Notes: a model not told the origin generated them from the letters alone. Shown: positions 20,423 to 31,259, numbered from the stretch's first letter. The stretch is 64,000 nt of DNA from Candidatus Woesearchaeota archaeon (GCA_041658255.1 JBBAAQ010000001.1:100368-164367); one strand, 5' to 3'. Program-made: numbers and translations.

Positions 20423-21064
20423 TTACGTTGTTTTATTCAACCCATCAAGAATCCGGAAGATTTCCGAAGCGACCTCGGGGATGGGTTTATTACCATCAAC
20501 CGTATAGAAGATCCCGTCTCTGTGATAGAGTGGTGTTATTGCGGTTGTCTGGGAATAATAGATTTGAAGTCGCTTCCTGATCTGTTCAGGTTTATCATCA
20601 TCTCGCTGGACGAGTGGCGAATGGCACTTGTCACATTCTCCATCAATCTTCGGCTTTAACGTGATAAGATTATATCCCTCACCACATTGGGTACACACTC
20701 TCCGACTTGATATTCGTGCAATGATCTCATCTTCAGGAAGTGTGATCTCTATTGCTGCATTTATTTGGAAATGGGATTTCAAGAATTCGTATTGTGCAAC
20801 ATTGCGCGGGTATCCATCAAGAACGATCCCGGTCTTGAAATATTCTGCATGTGCAAAAATGACTTCGTTTGTTTTATCGTCAGGGATAAGTTCTCCAAGA
20901 ACATTGATCGTATGATCAATCCATTTGCCGAGTGCTGTTCCTTTCTTGATCTCTTGCCGGAATGCATCACCAGTCGAAAGATGCTTGAGTTGGTAATGCT
21001 CTGCAACACGTTGAGATTGTGTCCCTTTACCTGATGCCTGTGGTCCAAAGATGATGATGTTCAT
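20423..21064 (-). CDS. adk: adenylate kinase
   Basis: GPQASGKGTQ P-loop, LSTGD, LDGYPRN, zinc lid CTQC..CDKC, QRDDD. Confidence 0.95.
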   Translation of the reverse strand: MNIIIFGPQASGKGTQSQRVAEHYQLKHLSTGDAFRQEIKKGTALGKWIDHTINVLGELIPDDKTNEVIFAHAEYFKTGIVLDGYPRNVAQYEFLKSHFQINAAIEITLPEDEIIARISSRRVCTQCGEGYNLITLKPKIDGECDKCHSPLVQRDDDKPEQIRKRLQIYYSQTTAITPLYHRDGIFYTVDGNKPIPEVASEIFRILDGLNKTT

Positions 21065-21221
21065 AATGTTTGCCTTATTGAATTTTCTTAAATGTTAGCG
21101 TCGTTCGCATTTAAATATTTTTATCGAAGGAAAAATTCTCCACTTGCAATCCTGAGAATTTTTCGAGAGTAATAGGTTTAAGATGCTCACACATTGACGC
21201 CAACATATATATTTTCCTTTT

Positions 21222-21725
21222 CTATCCGAAATACCCGATGTTTCCTTTCTTTGCAATCGCACTCCAGGATACTTTCATTTTCTTAATGATTTGGAGCATA
21301 TCAGGTTTGAGTGATGAGATCTCTATATGCGTAAAGTCAATGGTTGCAATCATATCCTTTTCTTCATTTTCGACGATTGATCGCAGAATCTCCCTACTGA
21401 TAATCATGATTTGTTTATAGAGTTCAAAGAGTTTAGATTTTTCTGTGTCAGAAAACGCCGAACATTCATAGAGCGCAGAGAATTCTTCGGGTTGCATGAT
21501 TTGGATAATGATCTTCTCATAGAATTCGAGCCGATCAGCCATGCGGTGTAATACCTGCTTAAGTGTCGTGTCCTCAGGCGAAATGTCGTATTCTTTTTCG
21601 AATATATTAAACGATGAAAGTTTTGATGCAAGAGGGTGCTGAGGTGTTGTTTTGTTTCCGGTGTTTTCCGGCGTTTTCTGTGCATCCTGCGTATGCGCAA
21701 GCGGAGTCGTGATTTTCTTTTCCAT
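21222..21725 (-). CDS. hypothetical helical protein
   Basis: 167-aa ORF ending GYFG; no catalytic motif. Confidence 0.65.
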   Translation of the reverse strand: MEKKITTPLAHTQDAQKTPENTGNKTTPQHPLASKLSSFNIFEKEYDISPEDTTLKQVLHRMADRLEFYEKIIIQIMQPEEFSALYECSAFSDTEKSKLFELYKQIMIISREILRSIVENEEKDMIATIDFTHIEISSLKPDMLQIIKKMKVSWSAIAKKGNIGYFG

Positions 21726-21760
21726 GACACCAAGAATACGAGAGTAATTTTTAAAGTTGT

Positions 21761-22159
21761 TTATTTTTTAGGCGTGTATACTATGCTACGTAAGATATAA
21801 TCTTCAAGACTGAACTGTTTTTTTCGCTCGCTGAGTTGCGGATCTATTTTTACTTTATATTTGTTCTGTTCAGTTTTACCAATATAGATCTTATTAAAGT
21901 GGATATATCCTTTCAGAGATTCTAGGCTGAACGCTTCATACTGTATGCCATTACTTCCTTCAAGAATCCCTTTAGCGAGTTGTTGCTCGTCAAAAATATT
22001 TTCTAATTGTGTGATTATTTTGCTTTTAATTTCACGTATTTTGCTTGGTTTATTAATAATTAAAAAATACCATTTTACTGCATAATTATTGTCGATCATC
22101 TGGCCCTTTTCTCTAGCGTATCGTAATTCACGTTTAACATATTTGATGGGTGGTGTCAT
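21761..22159 (-). CDS. hypothetical protein
   Basis: ATGA overlap with the upstream ORF. Confidence 0.6.
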   Translation of the reverse strand: MTPPIKYVKRELRYAREKGQMIDNNYAVKWYFLIINKPSKIREIKSKIITQLENIFDEQQLAKGILEGSNGIQYEAFSLESLKGYIHFNKIYIGKTEQNKYKVKIDPQLSERKKQFSLEDYILRSIVYTPKK

Positions 22160-23343
22160 TTTCTTTCAGATGAATTGCTTTGCAGCAACGGTATCTCTCC
22201 AATAACATATGCATTGAATAAGATGTGATTCTGTGTGCGGAGAGAAACATGATCATATTTTCCCCACGGGTTCATAAAAAAGATCTGATTTCTTATTGCT
22301 TCATATATATGTAATGTCTCATGATCGAATCGGGGGAATGGCGAAGCATTAATATATGTTTCTTTTGCACGTTTTTCATGATGTTCTTTTTCCTCTTTTT
22401 CGAGGAGCATAAATCCAAGGATTTCCTGGGTGGACCACTCTTTTTTTGCTGATATATCTTTTCCTGTTGAACAGTCCCTCCATATCCAAAACGATTCCCC
22501 GCAAAGGTCTGTGTAAGGATTATCTGAGATTTCAACAGGCAGATAGTGGAATGTCATGGGTTGTGAGCTGCGGAGTGTCGCATTCGGAACGTAAACTGTT
22601 CGTGAGCTGTCAGTCATCCTCTTATAATATCGTTCACGATTAGTTTTCTCTGAGAATTCTTTCCTGACGAATTTTGTGCGTTCTCTTCTGGTCATTGAAA
22701 AATCAAAACCGAACTCCCCGTTTGATTTTTGTTCTAATCTTTCAAAACTATACATCGGAATAACATCTTTTTCAAGATCAAGATATTCTGTTACGCTGAG
22801 CGGATATGCTGCATCCGTCTGCCGTATCGCTTCTGCAACTGTTGAGAACATAAATTTTTTCCAGAATGGCTTATTCGTTGCTTCATATGCAACGCCGGTG
22901 ATTGTCTCGAGCAATTTTCCTTCGTTCTGATAGTATTCATCCCTGAGTTTTTCTTGGAGCAATAATTCTGATGCAAGTTTATCTTCAATGACTTTTTTTC
23001 GGGGTTTATCTTTATTGATGAAAATATGCTTACTTTGCTGGCTGATGAGTGTATTATAGTTTATGGGAACAATAAGCGCAGTTTCAGGATCAAGATTCAT
23101 ACACGCATGGACGAGATCTTTTTCAAATGAAATTCTGCCTTTATTTGAAGATATTTGGATTTCAGGATCGACTTGGAAGTCCTTGCTTTTTGGAAACGCT
23201 TCGTAGAGTGGTATCTGAACAATATGTTGCAATTTTTTCCACAGTTCCTGCTTTTTAAGCATTGTATCTGAAATCATTCTATCCTCAATGTAACTAAGTA
23301 AGAGTAGTAATTTTATAAAGTTTATTCTTTTTTGGAGAAACAT
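22156..23343 (-). CDS. hypothetical protein (true start probably ~23277)
   Basis: long ORF; internal Met preceded by GAGGA. Confidence 0.6.
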   Translation of the reverse strand: MFLQKRINFIKLLLLLSYIEDRMISDTMLKKQELWKKLQHIVQIPLYEAFPKSKDFQVDPEIQISSNKGRISFEKDLVHACMNLDPETALIVPINYNTLISQQSKHIFINKDKPRKKVIEDKLASELLLQEKLRDEYYQNEGKLLETITGVAYEATNKPFWKKFMFSTVAEAIRQTDAAYPLSVTEYLDLEKDVIPMYSFERLEQKSNGEFGFDFSMTRRERTKFVRKEFSEKTNRERYYKRMTDSSRTVYVPNATLRSSQPMTFHYLPVEISDNPYTDLCGESFWIWRDCSTGKDISAKKEWSTQEILGFMLLEKEEKEHHEKRAKETYINASPFPRFDHETLHIYEAIRNQIFFMNPWGKYDHVSLRTQNHILFNAYVIGEIPLLQSNSSERK

Positions 23344-23393
23344 TTTTAAACTTCTCTGTGCGCCTATACATATTGCCTTCGAGGTGATTTGTT

Positions 23394-24551
23394 ATGCGTT
23401 CAATTAAAGAAATGAATTTGGATAATAAACGTGTTCTGCTCAGAGCAGATCTTGATGTAAAAATTGATGAAACAGGAGAAATCGTGTCAGATATTCGGCT
23501 TCAAGAACTCATTCCAACTATTAAATACATCCTTGAACATAACTGCAAACAGATTATTCTCATAGGGCATTTAGGCAGACCGGGGGGAAAAATTGTTGAC
23601 AAATTCAAGATGGATAAGGTGGCGCTCCGACTGGAAAAACTACTGGGAATGATTGTCGTAAAATTGGATGATTGTATTGATATAAAGATTCCCGATGCAA
23701 AAATTGTTGTACTCGAAAATCCGAGATTTCATCCTGAAGAAGAAATAAATGATGAAACTTTTGCAAAGAAGCTTGCTTCCTGCGCGGATGTATATGTAAC
23801 TGATGCATTTGCAACAGTACATCGTGCGCATGCGTCGACTGTTGGGGTAACAAAATTCTTGCCGGGGTGCATCGGTTTTATTATAGAACGGGAACTAAAA
23901 AATCTTGATCTCAGCAATCCACAACGTCCGTTCATCGCCATTCTTGGCGGCGCAAAGATCTCAACAAAATTCGGAGTCATCAAAGAACTCTTAAAAAAAG
24001 TTGATTACCTCCTCATCGGCGGCGCAATGATGTTTACATTCTATAAAGCAAAAGGATTTGAAGTCGGTAAAAGTCTTTACGAAGAAAGTTTTGTTGCAGA
24101 AGCAAAATTCTTGTTGAATAACGAAAAAATCATCCTACCCGACGATGTTCTCGTTGCAAAAGAGATCAAAAATGACAGTGAAATTACTGTTGTTGCTGAT
24201 TGTGAAATGCCTAAAGAACAGATCGGTCTTGACATTGGTCCTGAATCAATTCAGGTATTCAAAGATTATATTAAAAAGTCGAAGACTGTTTTCTGGAATG
24301 GTCCACTCGGCTATTTTGAAATCGAAAAATTCGCAGAATCGACACGGCAGATTGCAGAGTATCTTGCAGAATCCGGAAAGGTCGTGATTATCGGCGGTGG
24401 GGATACGGAAGACGCAGTCACGCCCTACAAAGAAAAATATACGCATGTCTCAACCGGTGGCGGCGCAAGCCTCGAATACATCTCCGGAAAAGAACTTCCC
24501 GCAATCAAGGCATTGAAAGAAAATGAGATAGAATTTCATACTGTGCTGTAA
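23394..24551 (+). CDS. pgk: phosphoglycerate kinase
   Basis: VLLRADLDV, GHLGRP, LENPRF, HRAHAS, GGAKIS, WNGPLG, GGGDT, STGGGASLE. Confidence 0.96.
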   Translation: MRSIKEMNLDNKRVLLRADLDVKIDETGEIVSDIRLQELIPTIKYILEHNCKQIILIGHLGRPGGKIVDKFKMDKVALRLEKLLGMIVVKLDDCIDIKIPDAKIVVLENPRFHPEEEINDETFAKKLASCADVYVTDAFATVHRAHASTVGVTKFLPGCIGFIIERELKNLDLSNPQRPFIAILGGAKISTKFGVIKELLKKVDYLLIGGAMMFTFYKAKGFEVGKSLYEESFVAEAKFLLNNEKIILPDDVLVAKEIKNDSEITVVADCEMPKEQIGLDIGPESIQVFKDYIKKSKTVFWNGPLGYFEIEKFAESTRQIAEYLAESGKVVIIGGGDTEDAVTPYKEKYTHVSTGGGASLEYISGKELPAIKALKENEIEFHTVL

Positions 24552-24563
24552 TTATGGTTCTTG

Positions 24564-25142
24564 TTATTTGTTTACAATCTGCTCAATAAAATTTTTCAAA
24601 ATAAGTTTTGCATTTTTTTCTTCAATTTCTACTTCTGGATGAAATTGCACACCGTATATGTTTCGCGTGGGATGTCTGAGTATTTCAACACCGTCTGACG
24701 AGGTTGCAAGCGTAGTTAAGAATGTTGTTTTGGGAAGGAACCATTTATGCGCTTCGTATGCGCTGAACTGTTTTGGAATAGCCTCGCACAGGACGTCCCT
24801 TCTTTTGATCGTTATGATGACTTCTCCACAACGTTTTTCTCTTTTTTCTAGGGCCTCACCGAATGTGTGTGCGATAATTTGGAACCCCAGGCAAATTCCG
24901 AGAATAGGTTTTTTATATTTTTTTACTAATGCTATTTCAGACGCATATACGGCATTAGATCCTTTATTAACCGAAAGAATATCTGAACCTCCTGAGAGAA
25001 TAATGCCGTCATAATTCGTATAATCTGCAAGTGTTATTGCATCAAACTTTTTCACCGTCGGAGTTGTTTGAGAAAACAGTCTTATTTGTGCAATAAGTTT
25101 GTCAAGATGTAGTGAGTTATTATCAATGATGAGAATTCTCAT
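24564..25142 (-). CDS. class I glutamine amidotransferase (GuaA subunit A-like)
   Basis: ILSGG, PILGICLGFQ, GVQFHPE triad. Confidence 0.88.
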   Translation of the reverse strand: MRILIIDNNSLHLDKLIAQIRLFSQTTPTVKKFDAITLADYTNYDGIILSGGSDILSVNKGSNAVYASEIALVKKYKKPILGICLGFQIIAHTFGEALEKREKRCGEVIITIKRRDVLCEAIPKQFSAYEAHKWFLPKTTFLTTLATSSDGVEILRHPTRNIYGVQFHPEVEIEEKNAKLILKNFIEQIVNK

Positions 25143-25148
25143 TACCGA

Positions 25149-25634
25149 TCACTCTTTCTTCGGTCTCTTCCGTTCCTCGCTCCGCAAATACATTCCCTTA
25201 TCCACAAGTCGTTTGATGACTAAATCTTTTCCTTCCTGTTTGAAAAGTCCGTAACCGAGGTTTTCATTGCGTGCATTCTGGACGAGTACAAGTCCTTCTT
25301 TTAATTGGTTTGGGTTGCGTACGATGGATGTTTCAAGGACACTGCGTCCACATAAGAATAACCCTTCTGCTTTCGGATTGATAAAGATTTTCTTGCGGTT
25401 CGCATCTTCAAATCGGGAAATGATGTCGATTGCTGCAGGGCTTGGCATGAAATGTTTTTGCGCCTCACCTAAAAATATCCCTGTCGCAAAAGGGTCGCGC
25501 ATGATCTTTTCGCGCAGCTCCCAGATATCATCATTGACTAAAAAGTAATTCCGTGCGATACTATGGACTCCTTTGATCTCTTGATCACTGAATTGTTTGG
25601 TAAATGCATGGAATAGTTGTAGGTCAGAAGACAT
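25149..25634 (-). CDS. NIP7-like PUA-domain protein
   Basis: GIFLG, KAEGLFLCGRSV, LGYG and DKGMYLR pattern of archaeal NIP7 homologues. Confidence 0.65.
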   Translation of the reverse strand: MSSDLQLFHAFTKQFSDQEIKGVHSIARNYFLVNDDIWELREKIMRDPFATGIFLGEAQKHFMPSPAAIDIISRFEDANRKKIFINPKAEGLFLCGRSVLETSIVRNPNQLKEGLVLVQNARNENLGYGLFKQEGKDLVIKRLVDKGMYLRSEERKRPKKE

Positions 25635-25714
25635 ATGTTTTCCTCGATATAGAGAGATTAAGTTGGAGGTTTATATAGTTAGTGGTATCTTCGAGTTAAG
25701 AATTAGACAACACT

Positions 25715-27676
25715 TTATTTCTTCCCGCTCTTTTCAAGAACTTTAATGGTTTCTTCGCGGGTCTTGCATTCGCCAACTTTCTTTGCAAGGGCATTCCTAT
25801 TATTGAGGATGAGCCAGCTCTCGAAATCATTCTTTGTCTTTGTCACATATTCGTTGAATGAAGTGTCGCTCATCTTCTTTAATTCTTCAAGAAGTTCTGC
25901 CTCATAACGTACGAGTACTCCAGAATTGAGTTTGAGGTATTTATCGACAATATCGTCCTTTTTCAAGAGATGCTTCATTGGCTTTTTGCTGATATATTGT
26001 ATCTTACTCATCTTTTGGATGATGAGAACGAGTATGATTCCGATGATGATGTATCCTGCAAGGAATGCAAAATCCATTTGTATGTCTGGCCACTTTGCAT
26101 TAAAGATCGTGATTTTTTTAAGTGTTTCAGATGCAATAACATAGGGGTTATAATGCGCAATCTTTTGAACAGCAAGAGACATGTTTTCGACAGGGAGGAC
26201 TAAATTTGAGAGGAAGAGAAAGACACTTCCCACAGAAATTGATGCCATAGTAACTGCTTCCTGACTCTTGAAGAAGTATCCGATAATCATTCCGATAATC
26301 GTGAAGAGTGCAATGGAAACAAAGATGAGGAGGACGGTAAATCCGATATTCGTACTCAGACCTGCTTCAAGAAAGTAGTATGCAAGTAGTAGTATCAGGA
26401 TGAGTTGTAAAATGTTTACGAATATACTCGTCAAGAATGTTGATATGATAAATGTGAGATCTTTTGTTGGTGTGGTGAAATTCCTGAAATAGGCTTTTGA
26501 CGTTTTTTCCATGATGATTAAATTACTCGAGAGCATGATGCTGATAAAGACAATGATGAGAATAATGAGATAGGGAAAGATGAAATTAAGATTATTTGAT
26601 TTTGTACTTACCGGTTTGATTGTCGTCGTAATCGGATTGACGATACTTTCTGCAGAAGTAACCTTTATTGCGTTAATCTGCGCGTTGAGTGTTTCAACAG
26701 ACGATTTCATACTCTCGAGATTTGTCTTGATTTCTGCAAGATTAGTCTTCATTGCAGTAATTTTTGTGGTAGTGTCTGCAGTAGTGGTTTTAACAGTATC
26801 GAGTTTTTTATTGAGTTTATCAACATCAGTTGACATTGCAGCAATCGAACTCTTGAGTGCTGCGACATCCGCATTGGTCTTGTTTGATTGATTGGTAATT
26901 TGTGCCCGGTATGTTTCGAGTTCGTCCTCAAATACATTCTGTCGTGATGAGTTGTCAACTGTTACATCGTCAAGAAAATCCTCACTTGCGCTGATAATAG
27001 CAAGGCCCTTACTTTTAAGCGCAGCAACATCAGTTTCTACTGCAGTGAGTTGAGTGTCTGCATTACCGGTACTTAAACTGCTTTTATTCAAATCAAGACT
27101 GCCAAGTTTTGTCTGCATATCAGTAAGTGTTTTCGTCAGGTCATCAGTTGCTGCTTTAAGTTTGATAATACGGAGCAGATTTTCGCTATTGGTCTTCTTT
27201 GCGCTCTCAATTGTCGAGATGAGATCATTCGTCATCTGATAACTGAGTTTATTAGAAGTGAAATCTATTTTTGAAGAGACCGTTTCAATAACTGCATAAA
27301 TGAAATTGGTACGTGATTGGTCAACATAGAATACGATTTCATTCGTCTTATTATTGCTGATCGCAAAATCCTTTGGGAAGATGATACAGACATGTGCATT
27401 ACCCTGTTCAATCATGTCCGTACATGATTCTGTAGTCACGTATTCAATCACTGCAAAATTAGTATTGCTTTTGAGTGCATTCAAAAACTCATTCGTGAGA
27501 TTGGTTTTTTCAGGTGCAACATACCCGATATTGAGTTTTGACGCAGTCGGATTATTGAATGCGAAACCGACAAGGAGCATGATGAGGAGCGGTCCGAAGA
27601 TGACGACGAGTATGGATGTCTTTGACCGCATCAATAATTTAAGATTTTTTCCTACAATTTTAATTATTTTTTTCAT
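25715..27676 (-). CDS. ABC-2 type transporter permease with long extracellular coiled coil
   Basis: N-terminal TM, VCIIFPKDF, coiled coil, C-terminal multi-TM ABC2 region, small cytoplasmic domain (..KNDFESWL). Confidence 0.85.
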   Translation of the reverse strand: MKKIIKIVGKNLKLLMRSKTSILVVIFGPLLIMLLVGFAFNNPTASKLNIGYVAPEKTNLTNEFLNALKSNTNFAVIEYVTTESCTDMIEQGNAHVCIIFPKDFAISNNKTNEIVFYVDQSRTNFIYAVIETVSSKIDFTSNKLSYQMTNDLISTIESAKKTNSENLLRIIKLKAATDDLTKTLTDMQTKLGSLDLNKSSLSTGNADTQLTAVETDVAALKSKGLAIISASEDFLDDVTVDNSSRQNVFEDELETYRAQITNQSNKTNADVAALKSSIAAMSTDVDKLNKKLDTVKTTTADTTTKITAMKTNLAEIKTNLESMKSSVETLNAQINAIKVTSAESIVNPITTTIKPVSTKSNNLNFIFPYLIILIIVFISIMLSSNLIIMEKTSKAYFRNFTTPTKDLTFIISTFLTSIFVNILQLILILLLAYYFLEAGLSTNIGFTVLLIFVSIALFTIIGMIIGYFFKSQEAVTMASISVGSVFLFLSNLVLPVENMSLAVQKIAHYNPYVIASETLKKITIFNAKWPDIQMDFAFLAGYIIIGIILVLIIQKMSKIQYISKKPMKHLLKKDDIVDKYLKLNSGVLVRYEAELLEELKKMSDTSFNEYVTKTKNDFESWLILNNRNALAKKVGECKTREETIKVLEKSGKK

Positions 27677-27691
27677 CGTTACGTATCTTTT

Positions 27692-28786
27692 TTATTTTTC
27701 TTCTTTCTCGTCTTCAGATTTCTTTTTAGCGCCTTTTCTCATTTTTTCGACAAGTTTAGTCTTTTCTTCCATGAGTTCTTTATCGTCTTCAGCTTCTTCT
27801 TCTTTATCTTTTGCAGATTCAGTAATAAGAATGAATATTTCGTCCAGTGTGGGTTTTGTGACTTTGAGATCAATAATGGTCTCTTTATGTTTATCGAGTT
27901 TTTTCATTAATTCCTGCAGGACAAGTTCAGGTTTTGAAGTATGAATAACAAGTTTAGTTCCGCGATCCTCAATTTGGGCGATTTCCTTCATGATGTCCTT
28001 ATCTTCAATATCCGCGATGAGATTATAATTTCCCGGGAATGTTTCAAGATGGATCTCTTCATGTTTGCTGAATCGTTCTTTAATTTCATTAGGTGTTCCT
28101 GTTGCAAGAATTTTTCCCTCTTTAAGAATTGTAATACGTGAACAGAGATTCTCGAGTTCTGTCAAATGATGTGAGGCAAGAACAATTGTTGTTCCACGTT
28201 TATTGATTTTACGTACAAGTCTCCAGATATGATTCCGTAAGAGCGGGTCAAGATCCGCAGTTGGTTCGTCCAGGATTAGGATTTTTGGGTCATGGATGAG
28301 CGCGCAGGCAATGTCAAGTCTTCGTTGCATACCGCCAGAAAGGTTTTTTGCGAGTCGGTTTTCAGCGCCTTGTAAATCCATGAGATTAATGAGTGTTATC
28401 ATATTGGATTTAAGTGTATCCCGATGAAGCCCGTAGAGTGTTCCAAAATACAGGAGATTTTCTTTGACGCTCAAATTATCATAGAATGAGGACGTCTGGC
28501 TCGCCATGCCGATGACCTTTTTTAATTCCTCATGATGGCTATGTACAGACCTGAAGATTTGTGAATCTTTATGTTCAAGAAGATGTTCTCTGCGGAATAA
28601 TACTTCACCGGTGTTTGATTTCAGAAATCCGACGAGAATATTAAGCAAAGTCGTTTTTCCGGACCCTGATGCGCCAATAATCCCAAAGATTTCACCGGCG
28701 TTAATCTCGAGATTGATATCATCAAGAACAATCCGACGATCATAAGCCTTCGATACCTCTTTTACCTTAAACACTGGCGTAGCCAT
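27692..28786 (-). CDS. ABC transporter ATP-binding protein
   Basis: GASGSGKTT, LSGGMQRR, ILDEPT, ASH. Confidence 0.93.
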   Translation of the reverse strand: MATPVFKVKEVSKAYDRRIVLDDINLEINAGEIFGIIGASGSGKTTLLNILVGFLKSNTGEVLFRREHLLEHKDSQIFRSVHSHHEELKKVIGMASQTSSFYDNLSVKENLLYFGTLYGLHRDTLKSNMITLINLMDLQGAENRLAKNLSGGMQRRLDIACALIHDPKILILDEPTADLDPLLRNHIWRLVRKINKRGTTIVLASHHLTELENLCSRITILKEGKILATGTPNEIKERFSKHEEIHLETFPGNYNLIADIEDKDIMKEIAQIEDRGTKLVIHTSKPELVLQELMKKLDKHKETIIDLKVTKPTLDEIFILITESAKDKEEEAEDDKELMEEKTKLVEKMRKGAKKKSEDEKEEK

Positions 28787-28996
28787 AATACACTCATACC
28801 GATACTGCAAGTATATAAATATTTCGCTGATATTTCGTTGATGCAGTTTAATAAAAAATTGATGCCATGAGTGGTATTTGCTGTTAAAATCGTTCTATTA
28901 TTGTTTATTCTATTGTGAAGCACAATAGTTATTGTATCTATGTTGCAGTGATTAAGAAAAGATAAACTATTTAAACAGGGTATCGTTCTCTTTACT

Positions 28997-29437
28997 ATGG
29001 ATAAGAAATCAGCAGTCGTTATTTGGGATAATAAGAATTATTATGACGCTATTAAAGAGTTTTTGGTGGCATCTGGATATATGCCCAGTTATATTAAAAC
29101 TTCTGAGATAAAAACCCCTAAATTTAACATCCTTGATTTGCAACCGGATCTCGTTATTCAGCAATTCTCACATAGCAGGATGGGTCCTGCAGCAGACTAT
29201 GCTTTCACAAAGAGAATAATGCATCTGACTAAGGATAGCAAGAAAAACATTGCACTGCTTGTGTTAGATATATTGCCTAAATATGATAAAGCGATGGAAC
29301 TGGTGCGTCAATCACATGAAATATTGTCAGGTAGCAAGGTTCAATTTTCGTATGATGAAATGGTATATGAAAAAGAGAAGTTCATGAAATATTTGACTGA
29401 CGAATACTGGAACGCACCGGCACGTAGTAGGGGTTGA
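28997..29437 (+). CDS. hypothetical protein, tandem paralogue A (receiver-like alpha/beta pattern)
   Basis: similar along its length to the next ORF (NYY, SGY.P, L.PDL.IQ, LLVLD.LP.Y.KA.EL, ILSGSKVQF). Confidence 0.7.
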   Translation: MDKKSAVVIWDNKNYYDAIKEFLVASGYMPSYIKTSEIKTPKFNILDLQPDLVIQQFSHSRMGPAADYAFTKRIMHLTKDSKKNIALLVLDILPKYDKAMELVRQSHEILSGSKVQFSYDEMVYEKEKFMKYLTDEYWNAPARSRG

Positions 29438-29447
29438 GGATATTAAT

Positions 29448-29882
29448 ATGGATAAAATAGCAGTCGTTGTTGGGGAGAAGAATAATTATTATAACAGTAT
29501 TTGGGCGTGGCTGAATGAATCAGGATATACGCCTTTTTATCTTAATGCTTCTTTGGTAGATAACATCTCGGGTTTGGAGCCGGATCTTATTATTCAGGAA
29601 TTTCCTGATGTGTCTATGAATCACGAACGGGAATATGCTATTATAGAAGAGACAATGAATTATATTAAGAGCAGTACGAAGGATATTTCACTGCTTGTGC
29701 TAGATGCATTGCCTAACTATTCTAAAGCAGTGGAATTGCCGAAGCTATCACAGAAGATATTGTCAGGTAGCAAAGTTCAATTTGCGTATGGTCGGCGTAC
29801 GGATAAAAAGGAAAAGTTCGCAGAATACCTGGCTTGTTTGCAGAAACAATCCGGAACAAATGTACCTCTCTTATTAGGTTGA
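29448..29882 (+). CDS. hypothetical protein, tandem paralogue B
   Basis: paralogue of 28997-29437; GAGGA RBS. Confidence 0.7.
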   Translation: MDKIAVVVGEKNNYYNSIWAWLNESGYTPFYLNASLVDNISGLEPDLIIQEFPDVSMNHEREYAIIEETMNYIKSSTKDISLLVLDALPNYSKAVELPKLSQKILSGSKVQFAYGRRTDKKEKFAEYLACLQKQSGTNVPLLLG

Positions 29883-29976
29883 TGAACTTTATTAATTCTG
29901 ACAAGCAAATCATTGAGGATAATATCTCTGTATAATAAGTAATCACTTTTTTAAATCCATTCCTATTATATATATT

Positions 29977-30543
29977 ATGATCCTTCTCATCAACATCTGC
30001 AAAGAAGAGATGCATTACTTAGAATTCGTGCAGCCAATCATCGATATCGTGAAAGAGACGCAGACACTATATATAGTGAAGCATTACACGCAATTGACTG
30101 ATGCGATTATTGATGCTGCAGAGAAGATCATCATCTGTGGTACCTCACTGCATGATTTTGCATATCTCAACAATCTCGATGCGTTTGATTTCTTGCAGCA
30201 AGATGATTTTAACAAACCAGTCCTTGCAATCTGTGGCGGCATGCAGATTCTTGCACTCCAATTCGGATGCAAACTTGATGATGGACAAGAGATCGGATTG
30301 CAATCCGTTCTATTTGAGAAAGAATTTTTAGGGATACAAGGAATTCGCGAAGTTTATTGTTTACATAAGAAGATTATTGTCGAGGATGTAGTGTTCAAGA
30401 AGAATTTCATCGTCAGCGCACGAACAGACTGCGTACAAGCAATAACGCATAAAGAAAAACCATTCTATGGAACGCTCTTCCATCCTGAAGTGCGGAATAA
30501 GGAATTGATGAAGAATTTTTTAATAGCGCATCATACTAGATAG
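29977..30543 (+). CDS. class I glutamine amidotransferase
   Basis: PVLAICGGMQ and GTLFHPE. Confidence 0.8.
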   Translation: MILLINICKEEMHYLEFVQPIIDIVKETQTLYIVKHYTQLTDAIIDAAEKIIICGTSLHDFAYLNNLDAFDFLQQDDFNKPVLAICGGMQILALQFGCKLDDGQEIGLQSVLFEKEFLGIQGIREVYCLHKKIIVEDVVFKKNFIVSARTDCVQAITHKEKPFYGTLFHPEVRNKELMKNFLIAHHTR

Positions 30544-30593
30544 AATTCTTGATATTCGTAGTGATAGGGTTCATAAGAGAATATGTGATTGTT

Positions 30594-31259
30594 TTATGCG
30601 CAAATGTCATGGATTGTAAAACCTTGTTTTCTGAGGTGTGTGTAGATTTTTTGTGTGAGTAGATCTGCTTCCTGATTTCTGGGATACCATACTCCTTGAG
30701 CGCAATTTTGTTCGATCCACGCAGATGTTTTTTCTTCCTGTTTGACAAAACCATCAGCACTGTTCTTAAGAGATTTCCATCTCGCATGATAAAATGCTCC
30801 CGGCAATCCTTCCTCAGAGCTTACAATATAACGATTTCTATGGAGATCAAATGCTTGTTTATCTACGTGATCGATATACCAATCCGTCCATGGGCCGGTA
30901 AAATAATGTGTAAAATTATTTAAGAACATAAAATTGTTTCCTGTATTGAGTGGATGTACTGCGTTTCGCTTGACAATAATCTCCTCTGAAATCCGTGCAT
31001 CATTTGCGATATTTTCTTGTTTATAAGATGCTAAAACACAGTCGATAATTATGTCAAATGCAAGAAAGTTTCCATGAAGAAAATTATTAACAAATTCTTC
31101 GTTTGTTTTCGACTCCAAATGATTGTTCCATTTTATTCCAAAATCCTTCTTCGCATATTCTGTAAACGTAAAACTTGACAACTTATCCCCGATGGATGTT
31201 TCGACTGCATTCCTAAAATATGCTAAGTACTCACTTATAAGAATGTTAATATCTACCAC
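30594..31259 (-). CDS. hypothetical protein
   Basis: 221-aa ORF, GAGGG RBS upstream of GTG. Confidence 0.6.
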   Translation of the reverse strand: MVDINILISEYLAYFRNAVETSIGDKLSSFTFTEYAKKDFGIKWNNHLESKTNEEFVNNFLHGNFLAFDIIIDCVLASYKQENIANDARISEEIIVKRNAVHPLNTGNNFMFLNNFTHYFTGPWTDWYIDHVDKQAFDLHRNRYIVSSEEGLPGAFYHARWKSLKNSADGFVKQEEKTSAWIEQNCAQGVWYPRNQEADLLTQKIYTHLRKQGFTIHDICA

